From Macrostomum lignano (Eukaryota): a stretch of 64,000 nucleotides of DNA. The stretch covers positions 124,001-188,000 of the forward strand of contig NIVC01000036.1 of NCBI GenBank assembly GCA_002269645.1, in the 5' to 3' direction. Made by a program: the position numbers and the translations under genes. Positions within the stretch are counted from its first letter, which is position 1, and the number at the start of each line of letters is the position of its first letter. Of the stretch, positions 52,801 to 64,000 are shown one piece after another. The notes under the pieces were generated by a model. The model did not search any database. It had not been told where the DNA came from and worked only from the letters and a program-made list of their open reading frames with translations.

Positions 52801-53112
52801 CTTGAAAAACAAGCAAAACAATTTTCTTGTATGCCTAATAAGGTCTTCCTATTTGTTACAATGTTGGAAAAATTGATTTGCAAAAATATGGCCATGCGGA
52901 GAAAAATGAAAAAATGAAAAAATGTCAAGTGTCCCTTATTGTACCACTACATTCTTGATGCGAAATGTCTAATTTAACAAAGCTTTTTTGGTTACTTTTT
53001 ATAAACTTTTACAAGCATTTGAAAAAAAAGCCTTAATTTTATATAATTTGTTTTAACTTGTCTTTAACGAGTTTAATTGTAAAAGGCTTCTTTTAATACT
53101 GGGGATATACGG

Positions 53113-54090
53113 GGAAAAAACTGGTGCTTCCCTATCTCCACAGTGTATTAAATTGATATTCGATTTCGAGTACTTCTGCTTGCTCTCTGTCGCTGACAAT
53201 TGACATGCAGGGCTTTACCCAGACACTAATAATCGATTATCATAACTCAAACTGAACTCAAAGCTTCATGCTCGAGAACTATTCGAGAAAAACTGATGTG
53301 ATCCTATCTCCACAGTGTACTAGATTGATATTCGATTTCGAGTACTTCTGCTTGCTCTCTGTCGCTGAAAATTGACATGCAGGGCTTTACCCAGACACTA
53401 ATCGATTATCATAACTCAAACTGAACTCAAAGCTTCATGCTCGAGAACTATTCGAGAAAAACTGATGTGATCCTATCTCCACGGTGTATTAGATTGATAT
53501 TCGAGTTCGAGTACTTCTACTTGCTCACAGCTGTCGCAGAAAATTGACATGCAGGACTTCACCCAGACACTAATCGATTATCATAACTCAAACTGAACTC
53601 AAAGCATTTGGTTTACAATGTGACCCATAGAATGCATTTAACAGCAGAAAGAAACAAAATTACTGCTTGTTTTGCTTCATTTTTGCTAGATGAAAATGCG
53701 CTTGCTATGCTGTAACATGCCTTTTAAACTTTTTTCCACAATCGGCGAGTGTTGCGTCCGCTATTTTAACCTAATGATTAAATTATTATTTAATTAAAGG
53801 ATTAAGACTAAAGAGCTAATTGAATTTCATCTAAATTATAATTTATTCAGTGCAAAAAGAACTTTCAACTCAATATAAAATGTTACACTATATAACTGTA
53901 GAAAAAGGAACATCAGTTTTTCTCGAATAGTTCTCGAGCATGAAGCTTTGAGTTCAGTTTGAGTTATGATAATCGATTAGTGTCTGGGTGAAGCCCTGCA
54001 TGTCAATTTTCAGCGACAGAGAGCAAGCAGAAGTACTCGAAATCGAATATCAATTTAATACACTGTGGAGATAGGAACATCAGTTTTTTG
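53113..54090. mobile_element. Foldback-type element: three tandem ~170-bp units, ~300-bp spacer, one inverted unit
   Basis: CCTATCTCCAC at 53131, 53303 and 53472; 53903-54090 is the reverse complement of the unit. Confidence 0.8.
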
Positions 54091-54253
54091 CAAATTGTAA
54101 AAAATCCTTTCAATCTGTAGCCATAATTTTTTTCAAGTCGGTTTATCTCGTGGGTGATGTTTTTTCGTAAAAAATCATGGCATTTGGTGCTTTAAAAGCA
54201 GAGATTTTTGTTATTTCCGAATATCGATCTTGAATATCGCTCGGGGGAATCCC

Positions 54254-54630
54254 TGTAACATTTATGTACAAAATCATCTATCCATACGAAATTCAAACTC
54301 GTGCAAAACTAAGAAAACTTTGTTTTACTGTTTGTATTTTCAGAAATATTTCTCCAATTTATTTTTTTGTTTTAAACAAAAATCAAAGCTAGTATAAATA
54401 GACAAGTTTTTGAAGCCAGAAGAGACAAACTTGGTTTGCGGACTCAAGTCTCAAAGCAAGCCTTAATAGTGCACGTATAACAATGAGTTTTCAAGAAATA
54501 TTCAAGAAGTGTTTTTCGAAATTTGATATGGAAAGAAGTATAGCCCTAGTATAACTCAGTATATAGCTTTAGGACAATTCATAAAGACAGATGAATAACC
54601 CCTAATACAACTTGGTGACAGCAGTGGGAT
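54254..54630 (+). mobile_element. Probable LTR end plus tRNA-Leu primer-binding site of a second LTR element
   Basis: ...AATACA (54609) followed by TGGTGACAGCAGTGGGAT (54613), close to the complement of eukaryotic tRNA-Leu 3' ends; the LTR 5' boundary is uncertain. Confidence 0.45.
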
Positions 54631-55267
54631 ACTTTCAATGAGAGCAATCGCCCCTAAAAGTAGGCCTACACTATAAAAAGATTGTAATACCCTGCTTTGT
54701 TTTTGTGTTACGTCTTTGCACAAATCACGTAGTCACTAAGTAAAGCAACTTAGAAGTTTAGTCAGCTCAAGGCTCTGGCTTTTGCGCCGTGTGTATTTCT
54801 AGCGCGTTAGCGTCTAACTTAGCGAACTATTTCTCTTTAATCCAGCTCAACTTCAGCTCGCAGGCTTGCCCATAGACATAGTTCGTACTAAAGGCATACA
54901 TATCAGTCCTCCTTTTCTTAAAAAAAAGTTGGGCAAAAAAAGTCAAAACAGTTCAGTTCAGTTAATTCGCAACAAAAAATCCGGTTTCTTCAGTTTTGAC
55001 CGGTCACGCAAAACACGTTGGTTCGGATGCTGTTTCACATCTTGGCCGTCCTTTGGCTTGATGTCGAAGCTTGATGACGCGGCTAACTTTCGAGTTTTGT
55101 CTATGGCCCGCGAAGACTTGCCAGTCTGACCATGATGCTCTAGATTTGGTCCCGTCGATTCAGCTTCCTCGTTTGCATCCTTTTTCAACTTGTAGCTATT
55201 CTTGGCATTGCGTGCTTGCGTTAGTTCTGTGTCGAAATCACACTGTGGCTGGGGCACAACTTCGGTT

Positions 55268-58084
55268 TCAGATTTGATCGATGACCCACGTGTCGTTTCC
55301 AGTTTGTCCGTTGACTTCCACGTGGTAGGACAGCGGCCCAGTCTGCTTCAACACTTTGGCTTGAGCCCACTTGTTTTCTTTTTCCCTCCTGAAATCAAGA
55401 GCTAGCACTATATCTCCAGCCTGAAACTCTCGGTGAGGAATATGTTCCCGGCGCATCATCTGCTTATTTTGCGAATCCAGGACTCTCCCGTATGTGTCTG
55501 GCTTCGGGAAGTCCTTGTGCGCCTTACATACGCAAGCATTATCTCGGCAGGTGACTTGCCCGTTGTGCTATGAGGCGTGCTTCTATAGCGGAATAGGAAA
55601 TTGTGCAGGCCCAGCATGGCATCATCGTGCCTCTTCATGCCTGCTCTGATCGCATTCTTGGCTGTTTGAACCATTCGCTCACTGAGCCCGTTGGTTCTTG
55701 GATGTCCCACAGCACTGAAGATGTGATGGATGTTATTTCGCTTGGTGAATTCAGCAAACTCCTGTGATGCAAACTGGCTTCCATTGTCGGTCAGTATCTG
55801 TCGAGGTATTCCAAACCGAGCAAAGTCTCTCGAAAGCGTTGAATGGTGTTCGCGGCACTGGCAACTTTCATTGGAAAAACCTCTACCCATTTTGATGTGG
55901 CATCCACGATTACCAACCAATTGAATCCGAAACACGGTCCGAAAAATCTGCCTGAAGTCTCGTCCATGGCTTTTCTGGCCAACTCAACGGGTGAACAGCA
56001 GATTCTGGTGGTTTGCTTCGCTGCAGTTCGCATCCCTTGCATTGTTTCACAGCTCTTTCAATCTGTTGGTCGATTCCCGGAGACCAAACGTGCAGGCGAG
56101 CGATCGATTTCATCGATACAATCCCAAGCTGTCCTTCGTGCAGCAGGTTCAAAACTTGGTGTTGGAGGCTAGATGGAATGATGGCGCGTATAACCCAGAA
56201 GATGACTCCCTGCTCAAGACAGAGTTCGTTTCCTTTCTGACGGTATATCTCAAGCTCAAATTCACATTTCTCCGGCCAACCGTTCTGGCAGAACCTGATT
56301 ACCTTGCTCAGAATAGGATCCCTGGCTGTCTCTCGACGAATCTCGACAGCGGTGATAGGCAGTTCTTGAAGTCGACGTTCCATGACTTTGTCCACTCGGG
56401 GCGTCGAACTTGGCAATGGCAACCTGGATAACGCATCAGCGTTGCCGTGGTCCTCTGTCTTTCGAAATCTTATCTCGTACTGATGAGCAGAGAGCAAGAC
56501 TGCCCAACGTTGCAATCTGCTAGCTGCGATGCTCGGGATGTCCTTCTTTTTTCCGAAAGTAGTAATTTGAGGCTTATGGTCTGTTACCAAAATAAACTTG
56601 TTCCCGAATAGATACTGATGGAACTTCTTGATCCCGAATATGATTGATAGCGCTTCTTTTTCCAACTGAGAATAATTCTGCTCCGCTGGTGACAGTGTCC
56701 TTGATGCGTAACTGATAGGCAGTTCAGCACCACCTGGCATTGTGTGGGACAGAACACATCCGAGCCCATACTTCGAAGCATCAGTGTGTAGGATGATCGG
56801 CTTCTTTGGGTCGAAATGCACCAGCAGCCGGTCCGATATCAGAATTGACTTCACAGAGTAAGCAGCTTGGCACTGACTGCTCCAGCTGAATGTCACATCG
56901 TTTCTCAGGAGTCGGTTGAGTGGCGCCAGAACAGTTGATGAGTTGGGTATGAATTTCCCATAGTAGTTAATAAGTCCAACCAAGGATCGAACCTCGGACA
57001 CACTGGTAGGATTCGGTGCGTTTCGCACAGCAATTACCTTGTCAGGAGATGGGTGCAGTCCGTCATTATTGATAATATGACCCATGAATTCTACTTTTTG
57101 CAGCCGAAACTTGCACTTGTCCTTGTTGAGTCTGACACCCCTGTATTGCAGTGTCTTCAACACTTCATGCAGTTTCTGATCGTGTTCCTTGAGTGACCTT
57201 CCCGATATTAGAATATCATCGATGTAAGCAACAACTTCCAGTCCACAGAGAATTTTCTCAATCGCTTCTTGGAACTGAGCAGGAGCAGAAGCCAAGCCCA
57301 TTGTTAGTCGATTGTACTGGTACAATCCCAAGTGTGTATTGATGCTCGTAAATTTTCTGCTGCTTTCTTCCAACTCCAGCTGCAGAAAAGCTTGAGAAAT
57401 GTCCAGCTTGGAAAAGTACTTCCCACCATTCAAAGTAGCAAACATTTCCTCCTGTCGAGGTAGTGGATACTTGTCCACTTCCAGCTGTGGATTAATAGTC
57501 CTCTTGAAGTCCGCGCAGATCCTGATTGATTTCCCATCTTTCTTCAGCACTGGCACAATGGGAGAAGCACAATTTGATGAACTCAGCTTTGATATGATCC
57601 CTTCGTTGACAAGGTTATTGAAGCTTCTTCATTGCAAACGGTACAGGTCTGCTCTTGTGAAACTTCGGACAGTAATCCTCACGAACAATGATTCTTGCTT
57701 TCGCGTTGTTAATGAGTCCGAGTCCAGACGAAAACACCTCCGGGTAACCTCAAAGATGGATTTTGGTGAAAAGGTGCTTCCAATTTCAGCCACGTGGACA
57801 ACCTTCTGCCAATCCAGCTTGATATTCAGCCAGTCCCTTCCTAGCAAATTCGATCCGTTGCCCTTAACCACCAAAACTTTCAGCTTATGCTGCAGTCCTC
57901 CATGAGTGACTTCGACTAGAGCTTCACCGAGCGTCGGAATTGCATGGTTCGAGTAAATAAACAGTCGCGTTGACGTCTTGCTCAGCTCCAACCCAATATC
58001 CTTGTAGCAATGCTCGTTGATTAGCGTTCTGTCGGCTCGTGTATCGATGCTGAACTCAACATTTGTACCTTGCAGCTTGATCAC
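55268..58084 (-). pseudogene. pol: Gypsy Pol split across several frames (protease, RT, RNase H, integrase, GPY/F)
   Basis: IDTRAD (degenerate DTG), LDISQAF and YIDD, TDASKYGLG, NADALSR, VDATSKW/TDNGSQF/GLSERMV, GPLSY; at least four frame changes. Confidence 0.9.
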
Positions 58085-58172
58085 ACACCTGTATGGAGAG
58101 CTGACAGTTGAAATGTCGCAATCGCGCCAACGAACAGTTTGTATTTCGCCACTTGATCCTTCACTATCAGAT

Positions 58173-58994
58173 TCAGTCTTCAGCCATTACTACTCTTGTC
58201 TTCTTGCAGAAACCAGGTTTATTTCGTATGTACCTATGTCGGCTGGCACTTCCGTTTGAGGTCTTCGTTCGGCATGCGCGTTCGTGATGTCCCTGCTTGG
58301 AACACTTTGAGCAAACCTTTTCTCGGAATGGACAACTCTTGGCCCAATGGTCAGTTCCATGGCAACGATAGCATCCACTCTTGGCACTGCGTCCGGCTTT
58401 GTCAAACTTTGTACTTTGACTATGCTTAGGTCGGCTACCTTTGGACAAGTTGATGGTATGTACAGACGACCCAGCTATAGCAGCAACCCCTCGATCAGCA
58501 GTCTCCATAGCTGTTGCTAGAGTCAGAGCTGTATCCAGTGTGAGCTTGTCCTCTTGGAGCAGCCGCTGTTGAATTAGTTTGTTTCCAATGCCGCAGACGA
58601 GTCGATCTCTCAATGCATCATCTAGGAACTTCTCGAATTCGCAGGTTGATGCCAGCTTTCTCAGACCCACTAAGTAATCGCTTACAGTCCCACCTTCATT
58701 CTGGTTGCGATGGTAGAAGTTGTATCTCTCCACAATGAGTTTCTTCTTTGGAGCAAAGTAATCCCGCAGCGCTTTCTGAAGAGTTGCGTACGTTTCGTCC
58801 TTGGGCTTCTTAGGAGACACCAGATCTCGAAGCAGCGCGTAGCAGTCATCACCGATTGCTGTGATCAGTGTAGCCCGCTTTTTGGCCTCGTCTTCAATCT
58901 CCAGGATGAACAACTGCTCCAGTCGCTCCTCGAAGGCTTCCCATTTGTCTGGCTGGTAGGTGGAGAATTCGCCGATTTTCATCTTCGTCGCCAT
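58173..58994 (-). CDS. gag: Gypsy Gag with two CCHC zinc knuckles
   Basis: CYRCHGTDHWAKSC and CSKCSKQGHHERAC; LRDRLVCGI motif. Confidence 0.9.
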   Translation of the reverse strand: MATKMKIGEFSTYQPDKWEAFEERLEQLFILEIEDEAKKRATLITAIGDDCYALLRDLVSPKKPKDETYATLQKALRDYFAPKKKLIVERYNFYHRNQNEGGTVSDYLVGLRKLASTCEFEKFLDDALRDRLVCGIGNKLIQQRLLQEDKLTLDTALTLATAMETADRGVAAIAGSSVHTINLSKGSRPKHSQSTKFDKAGRSAKSGCYRCHGTDHWAKSCPFREKVCSKCSKQGHHERACRTKTSNGSASRHRYIRNKPGFCKKTRVVMAED

Positions 58995-59117
58995 TGTTAC
59001 GTCTTTGCACAAATCACGTAGTCACTAAGTAAAGCAACTTAGAAGTTTAGTCAGCTCAAGGCTCTGGCTTTTACGCCGTGTGTATTTCTTGCGCGTTAGC
59101 GTCTAACTTAGCGAACT

Positions 59118-59428
59118 CCCCTGACACTCTACTGTCTCTCTGCTGACACTACCGCCTCCCCTGACACTCTACTGTCTCTCTGCTGATACTACCGCCTCCC
59201 CTGACACTCTACTGTCTCTCTGCTGACACTACCGCCTCCCCTGACACTCTACTGTCTCTCTGCTGACACTACCGCCTCCCCTGACACTCTACTGTCTCTC
59301 TGCTGATACTACCGCCTCCCCTGACACTCTACTGTCTCTCTGCTGACACTACCGCCTCCCCTGACACTCTACTGTCTCTCTGCTGACACTACCGCCTCCC
59401 CTGACACTACTGTCTCTCTGCTGACACT
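59118..59428 (+). repeat. Second array of the 40-bp satellite (~8 copies)
   Basis: Same unit as 30285-32897. Confidence 0.97.
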
Positions 59429-60484
59429 GATTTAGCAAGTGTTTTAATGCAGCTAGTCAAGAGGTTTAATGATAAGGCAGAAGTAGTTTTCAAACTCCCT
59501 TTATTGATGCCATTTTGGCAGCGCACTGGTAAAAAATTGATCGAACAGGGTTTATAATAAAAAATCAATTAGCACAAATCATTTAGAAAATGCAAACCAA
59601 AGCCAATTCATTTTTGTCTAAATTATCTAAAATCTAATTAAATACGAATGATTGTTGATAAAATATTGCACACTACTAAAAGTAGAAGTAGCCAATACGA
59701 AATTTAAAAAAGCATCTACGGCTCGTAAAAAACAAATAAAAACGGCCAAGAGTATAAATATTGATTGAATCGTCAGGATGGTAATGGAAGAGTACATAAA
59801 TAGCACTAGTCTATCAAATGTTGTAAAAAAACAAAAAATAATAACCGACAAAAAATTATTGTAGTTACAGCTATTACATACGCTTCGAATTTTTGGAAAC
59901 CATGAGCTATTAATTACTACTTAAAAAACTGTAATTAGTAACATGAACTGCACATTTTGAAAAAACGGTAAATTTTTTAAAGAACTAAATATTTGTTTGA
60001 AAGTGTTTAGGTGGCACTGTTTTGATCCAAAATGGCACCATCATCTGAAGAGAACACATAACAATCGAAAACAGAACGTTAAACTCACAAAACCATTTGT
60101 CTAAGCTAAGATTAGAATGTCAGAGCCAATCAGACCCATCCAATAGGGCACTTCCACTTCCATATTTTAGCACATTATTAATGTGTGTAAAAACTGGCAC
60201 CATTATGCTAAAAATGGCAAAATTACGCTAAAATGGCACCATTATGCTAAATGGCACAATATGCTAAAAATGGCACCATTAGGGTAAAAATGGCACCATT
60301 ATGCTAAGCGCAAATTCATATCTCTCAAATGACCTTATAAAAATTTTCTAATTTTCAATAAATTCATAATGGTCATAGAAACGATTCTCTAAGAAATGTC
60401 ACTAAAGTACATAATGCTCTATTTAAAGTTAATTGCGGCACCCAATTGATGCAATCAGAGAAAGGCGAACTGCAGAAGCCCAAT

Positions 60485-61027
60485 TCAAGCTCGGCGGCCC
60501 ATCAGTCCGGCCGGCGCCGCGGTCCCGCCGCCAGTGGTCTGGAAGAGTCTGCGCACCGCCAGCACCTGAGCGGCTGCCGCCGAAACCACGCCGAAAATCT
60601 CCACAAGCGACCAGGCGCCAACCCGACCGAGTGTGGCCTCCGCTGCCAACCTGTCCGCCGCCTCGTTAAGCCGCATCCGGCGCTGATAATTGGAGATTGA
60701 CACGAGGTTGGCTCCGATAATCTGCATCGAATCCAGCATGACTTTGCGGCGTTCCTGATCGTCTTCATCCAAACTGGACGACGATGAAGATGACGACAAA
60801 TCCGGAAATTCCAGCGACTCGCTCTCTTCTCGGCCCGAGCGGAGGGCAAAGTAGACCAGCTTTCTGGCTAAAGCAGAAAATTCATTTGAGAAACAGGCGC
60901 GATAGATGCCCGGCTTGGTGACAGAGAACACTCGGCCTCCCTGAGTCTCTTTGTCGGCTGAGAACACTGGCTCGCCATCGGGGTCAAAGAGGCGGACATT
61001 GATGTCCACATTACCGCCTGATAGAAC
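60485..61027 (-). CDS. TMED: TMED/p24 (GOLD domain) cargo receptor, last exon; upstream exon(s) not identified
   Basis: VLSGGNVDINVRLFDPDG, GIYRACFSNEFS, RKLVYF, coiled coil, WSLVE-TM-LRRLF-like end; acceptor CCCGCCCACAG at 61028-61030, 543 nt = 181 codons. Confidence 0.85.
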   Translation of the reverse strand, partial: VLSGGNVDINVRLFDPDGEPVFSADKETQGGRVFSVTKPGIYRACFSNEFSALARKLVYFALRSGREESESLEFPDLSSSSSSSSLDEDDQERRKVMLDSMQIIGANLVSISNYQRRMRLNEAADRLAAEATLGRVGAWSLVEIFGVVSAAAAQVLAVRRLFQTTGGGTAAPAGLMGRRA

Positions 61028-61305
61028 CTGTGGGCGGGATCAATTTTAAACAAAATTGAGAGAAAATTTGACATTAAGTTCATAAGTTTGCTATATTGCA
61101 ACTTATAAAGTTTTAAATTTTTCATTTGTTATACTGCATTCAGAAAAACAATAAGTTTAAAAAACAAATAAAAAGTGGTTAAAATTCTACGAAAGGATAA
61201 AAAAAGTGCATTGATTAAAATGTTTAAAGAAATCCTATTTAAATTAAAGTACAGAGATCGTTAACTCATTTGACAGCTTTGATTTATCATAAACATTAAT
61301 TAGCT

Positions 61306-64000
61306 TGTAGTGACCTTCGAGAAATTTATATTCGTACGTTTTCTAGAAAGTTCTGTGTCTGAAGCAATTTCTTATTTACTGCATTTCAATATATTTAATA
61401 ATTAACAAGTATTCGCAGTCTGTGGGTAAAACTAGCGATAAATAACTAGCAGTATTTTCTTAACAATCATTTTGTTATAATGCATAATATATTTCTAGAA
61501 CTTTCCGGAAGAGCATCTCAACATTATAAATATATACAACAGCTCAGCTGGAATCTCTTCACGAATCTTTTTCTAGATTCCAATAACATTATTCTATAAA
61601 ATCATTAACCAGTTGAACCACCGCCTTGCTTTCGCCTCATTACTGAAAAACCCCTTACAATGGTCCGGTGAGGCGTCGAGCGATCTCTTTCAGAATGCGT
61701 GTGCATACGCACGCCCGTGACCGCTCATCATGCCATCATTCGCGATCAGCACCGCCGTCGCTACCAACGCCGAAACATAGCACACCACTGTCTACTGCCA
61801 GCGTCATCACTTCTCAGCGTGTCTCCCGTCGCCGTCATGTAATATAAATTTAGCTAAACCGTCGCCAACCTCCCTGTTCCCACATCTAAAAACGACACGG
61901 TATCTCGTCGGTGACCAAATAAACTACGCCTACACGGGCTCACGAACGGCCATCCGATCGAGCCATCCGCGCAGCTACATGTATGACCTCCACGTATACG
62001 TACCAGCGACATCAACCGCAGCACCGCGCAGACGCGACGTTAGCACTGGGTCTCATCCATCGCGAAAAACTCAATTAGCAATCCACAATAAACCGGCTGG
62101 CACTACTGGCGAGTCTACACATTGCAACCTTCTACGAGGTTCCTCGATAAGCCGGTGGTCAACCAGCTGGCCTAACCCGGACGACACCCATGAATCTTTT
62201 CGGTTCTGTTTCAGCCGCAGAGCGACTACCCGCCTTGATCCCTGGCGCCTATCCGTAGTTCAGGAGTCGTCTGTCTGCAACTCGGCAACTTCCGTAGGTC
62301 GCACCAGCCCCAGCGCCATTCCGCCATTCTGGAGCAACGCAGGAAGACGCACGAGTGGACCAGCCGCCGTTCCATTCGACACATCTACCGCGAAGCGACA
62401 TTACCACATTCAGCCAGCAATCATCACCACGAAACCATCAGCATCGACATCCATCTCGTGCGCTTCGCCTGGTACCTTCGGCCGCAGAGCGACAACCCGC
62501 CAATTTCTCCGGTACACCTCATCCAGGGTGTCGTCTGTCTGCATCCGGCAGCACCCAGTTTGGTCCCACGTCCGACAATCCGCCAACCGGAGCACCAGTC
62601 GAGGACACAAGTGGATCGATCGCCATCAGATCAGACTCCATCGCCGAATCCATTCGAATTGACAGTAACTTATCCTAAGTACCGCATTTCATCGCATATT
62701 TTCAAACCATAGATACTGTACTTTTCCATAGGGACTCCGTCTTCCGCGGGGGGACTGTTGTAGTGACCTTCGAGAAATTTATATTCGTACGTTTTCTAGA
62801 AAGTTCTGTGTCTGAAGCAATTTCTTATTTACTGCATTTCAATATATTTAATAATTAACAAGTATTCGCAGTCTGTGGGTAAAACTAGCGATAAATAACT
62901 AGCAGTATTTTCTTAACAATCATTTTGTTATAATGCATAATATATTTCTAGAACTTTCCGGAAGAGCATCTCAACATTATAAATATATACAGCAGCTCAG
63001 CTGGAATCTCTTCACGAATCTTTTTCTAGATTCCAATAACATTATTCTATAAAATCATTAACCAGTTGAACCACCGCCTTGCTTTCGCCTCATTACTGAA
63101 AAACCCCTTACAATGGTCCGGTGAGGCGTCGAGCGATCTCTTTCAGAATGCGTGTGCATACGCACGCCCGTGACCGCTCATCATGCCATCATTCGCGATC
63201 AGCACCGCCGTCGCTACCAACGCCGAAACATAGCACACCACTGTCTACTGCCCAGCGTCATCACTTCTCAGCGTGTCTCCCATCGCCGTCATGTAATATA
63301 AATTTAGCTAAACCGTCGCCAACCTCCCTGTTCCCACATCTAAAAACGACACGGTATCTCGTCGGTGACCAAATAAACTACGCCTACACGGGCTCACGAA
63401 CGGCCATCCGATCGAGCCATCCGCGCAGCTACATGTATGACCTCCACGTATACGTACCAGCGACATCAACCGCAGCACCGCGCAGACGCGACGTTAGCAC
63501 TGGGTCTCATCCATCGCGAAAAACTCAATTAGCAATCCACAATAAACCGGCTGGCACTACTGGCGAGTCTACACATTGCAACCTTCTACGAGGTTCCTCG
63601 ATAAGCCGGTGGTCAACCAGCTGGCCTAACCCGGACGACACCCATGAATCTTCTCGGTTCTGTTTCAGCCGCAGAGCGACTACCCGCCTTGATCCCTGGC
63701 GCCTATCCGTAGTTCAGGAGTCGTCTGTCTGCAAACTGGCAATAACCCGCAGGTCGTTCCAAACTACAGCGACAAACCGCCATCCTGGAGCAGTGCCGCA
63801 GAGACCACGGACTTGTTAACCGCCAAAATGTACAATCAGTCTGAACTCCTCGACCGCAGTGCGAGCCCAGCTGCCCCTATCCGTCTCGCGGTGAACCCAG
63901 TCGTCATCTGTATTAATTTTCAGCAGCGTAATTTCAACCTGGACTTTATTCACAGTAACCCAGCATCTAATTAACATTAATTAACCGTTATACCTTAGGG
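61306..64000 (+). mobile_element. Tandem LTR element: LTR 61306-61659, internal 61660-62758, LTR 62759-63112, second internal region from 63113
   Basis: Two near-identical 354-bp TGTA..TACA repeats, each followed by PBS TGGTCCGGTGAGG; G-rich PPT before the second LTR; no pol motifs visible. Confidence 0.88.

Larger units (their letters stand above)
54706..59117 (-). mobile_element. Ty3/gypsy LTR retrotransposon (Mag/K02A2.6-like), frameshifted, 5' LTR truncated
   Basis: 3' LTR 54706-54905 (TG..CA, 200 bp) next to a PPT; partial 5' LTR 58995-59117; PBS TGGCGACGAAGATG (tRNA-Ser-like); gag-PR-RT-RNaseH-IN order. Confidence 0.95.

Noticed and set aside
61630-61660. Hammerhead in the LTR (retrozyme)
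   Set aside because: The minus strand reads TAATGAGGCGAAA, not CTGATGA, and has no stem II.
63993-64000. Telomeric TTAGGG
   Set aside because: A single hexamer at the window edge.

Overview
Eukaryotic, invertebrate-like genomic DNA: GT-AG introns, GC-rich exons, and many introns filled with micro/minisatellites. The style suggests the flatworm Macrostomum lignano (inference, not verified). Plus strand: a multi-exon AMPK gamma-subunit gene (PRKAG/SNF4) with three candidate alternative first exons (1427, 6390, 9781), six shared exons including a 33-nt microexon, and a stop at 27258. Minus strand, a co-oriented cluster from 36.1 to 49.9 kb: an intronless Lifeguard/TMBIM gene; an orphan Lifeguard-like exon whose consensus donor joins in frame to the acceptor of a MATE/SLC47 transporter (candidate 721-aa Lifeguard-N::MATE chimera); and two unannotated small spliced genes whose stop and start codons abut (TGA-ATG). 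Beyond this lie a 3-kb CpG desert, a foldback element, and a frameshifted Ty3/gypsy element whose 5' LTR is cut off by a 40-bp satellite module that also occurs at 30-33.8 kb. The window ends with a TMED/p24 exon and an LTR-internal-LTR-internal tandem of an apparently non-autonomous LTR element. Most long ORFs in the supplied track are artefacts of tandem repeats.
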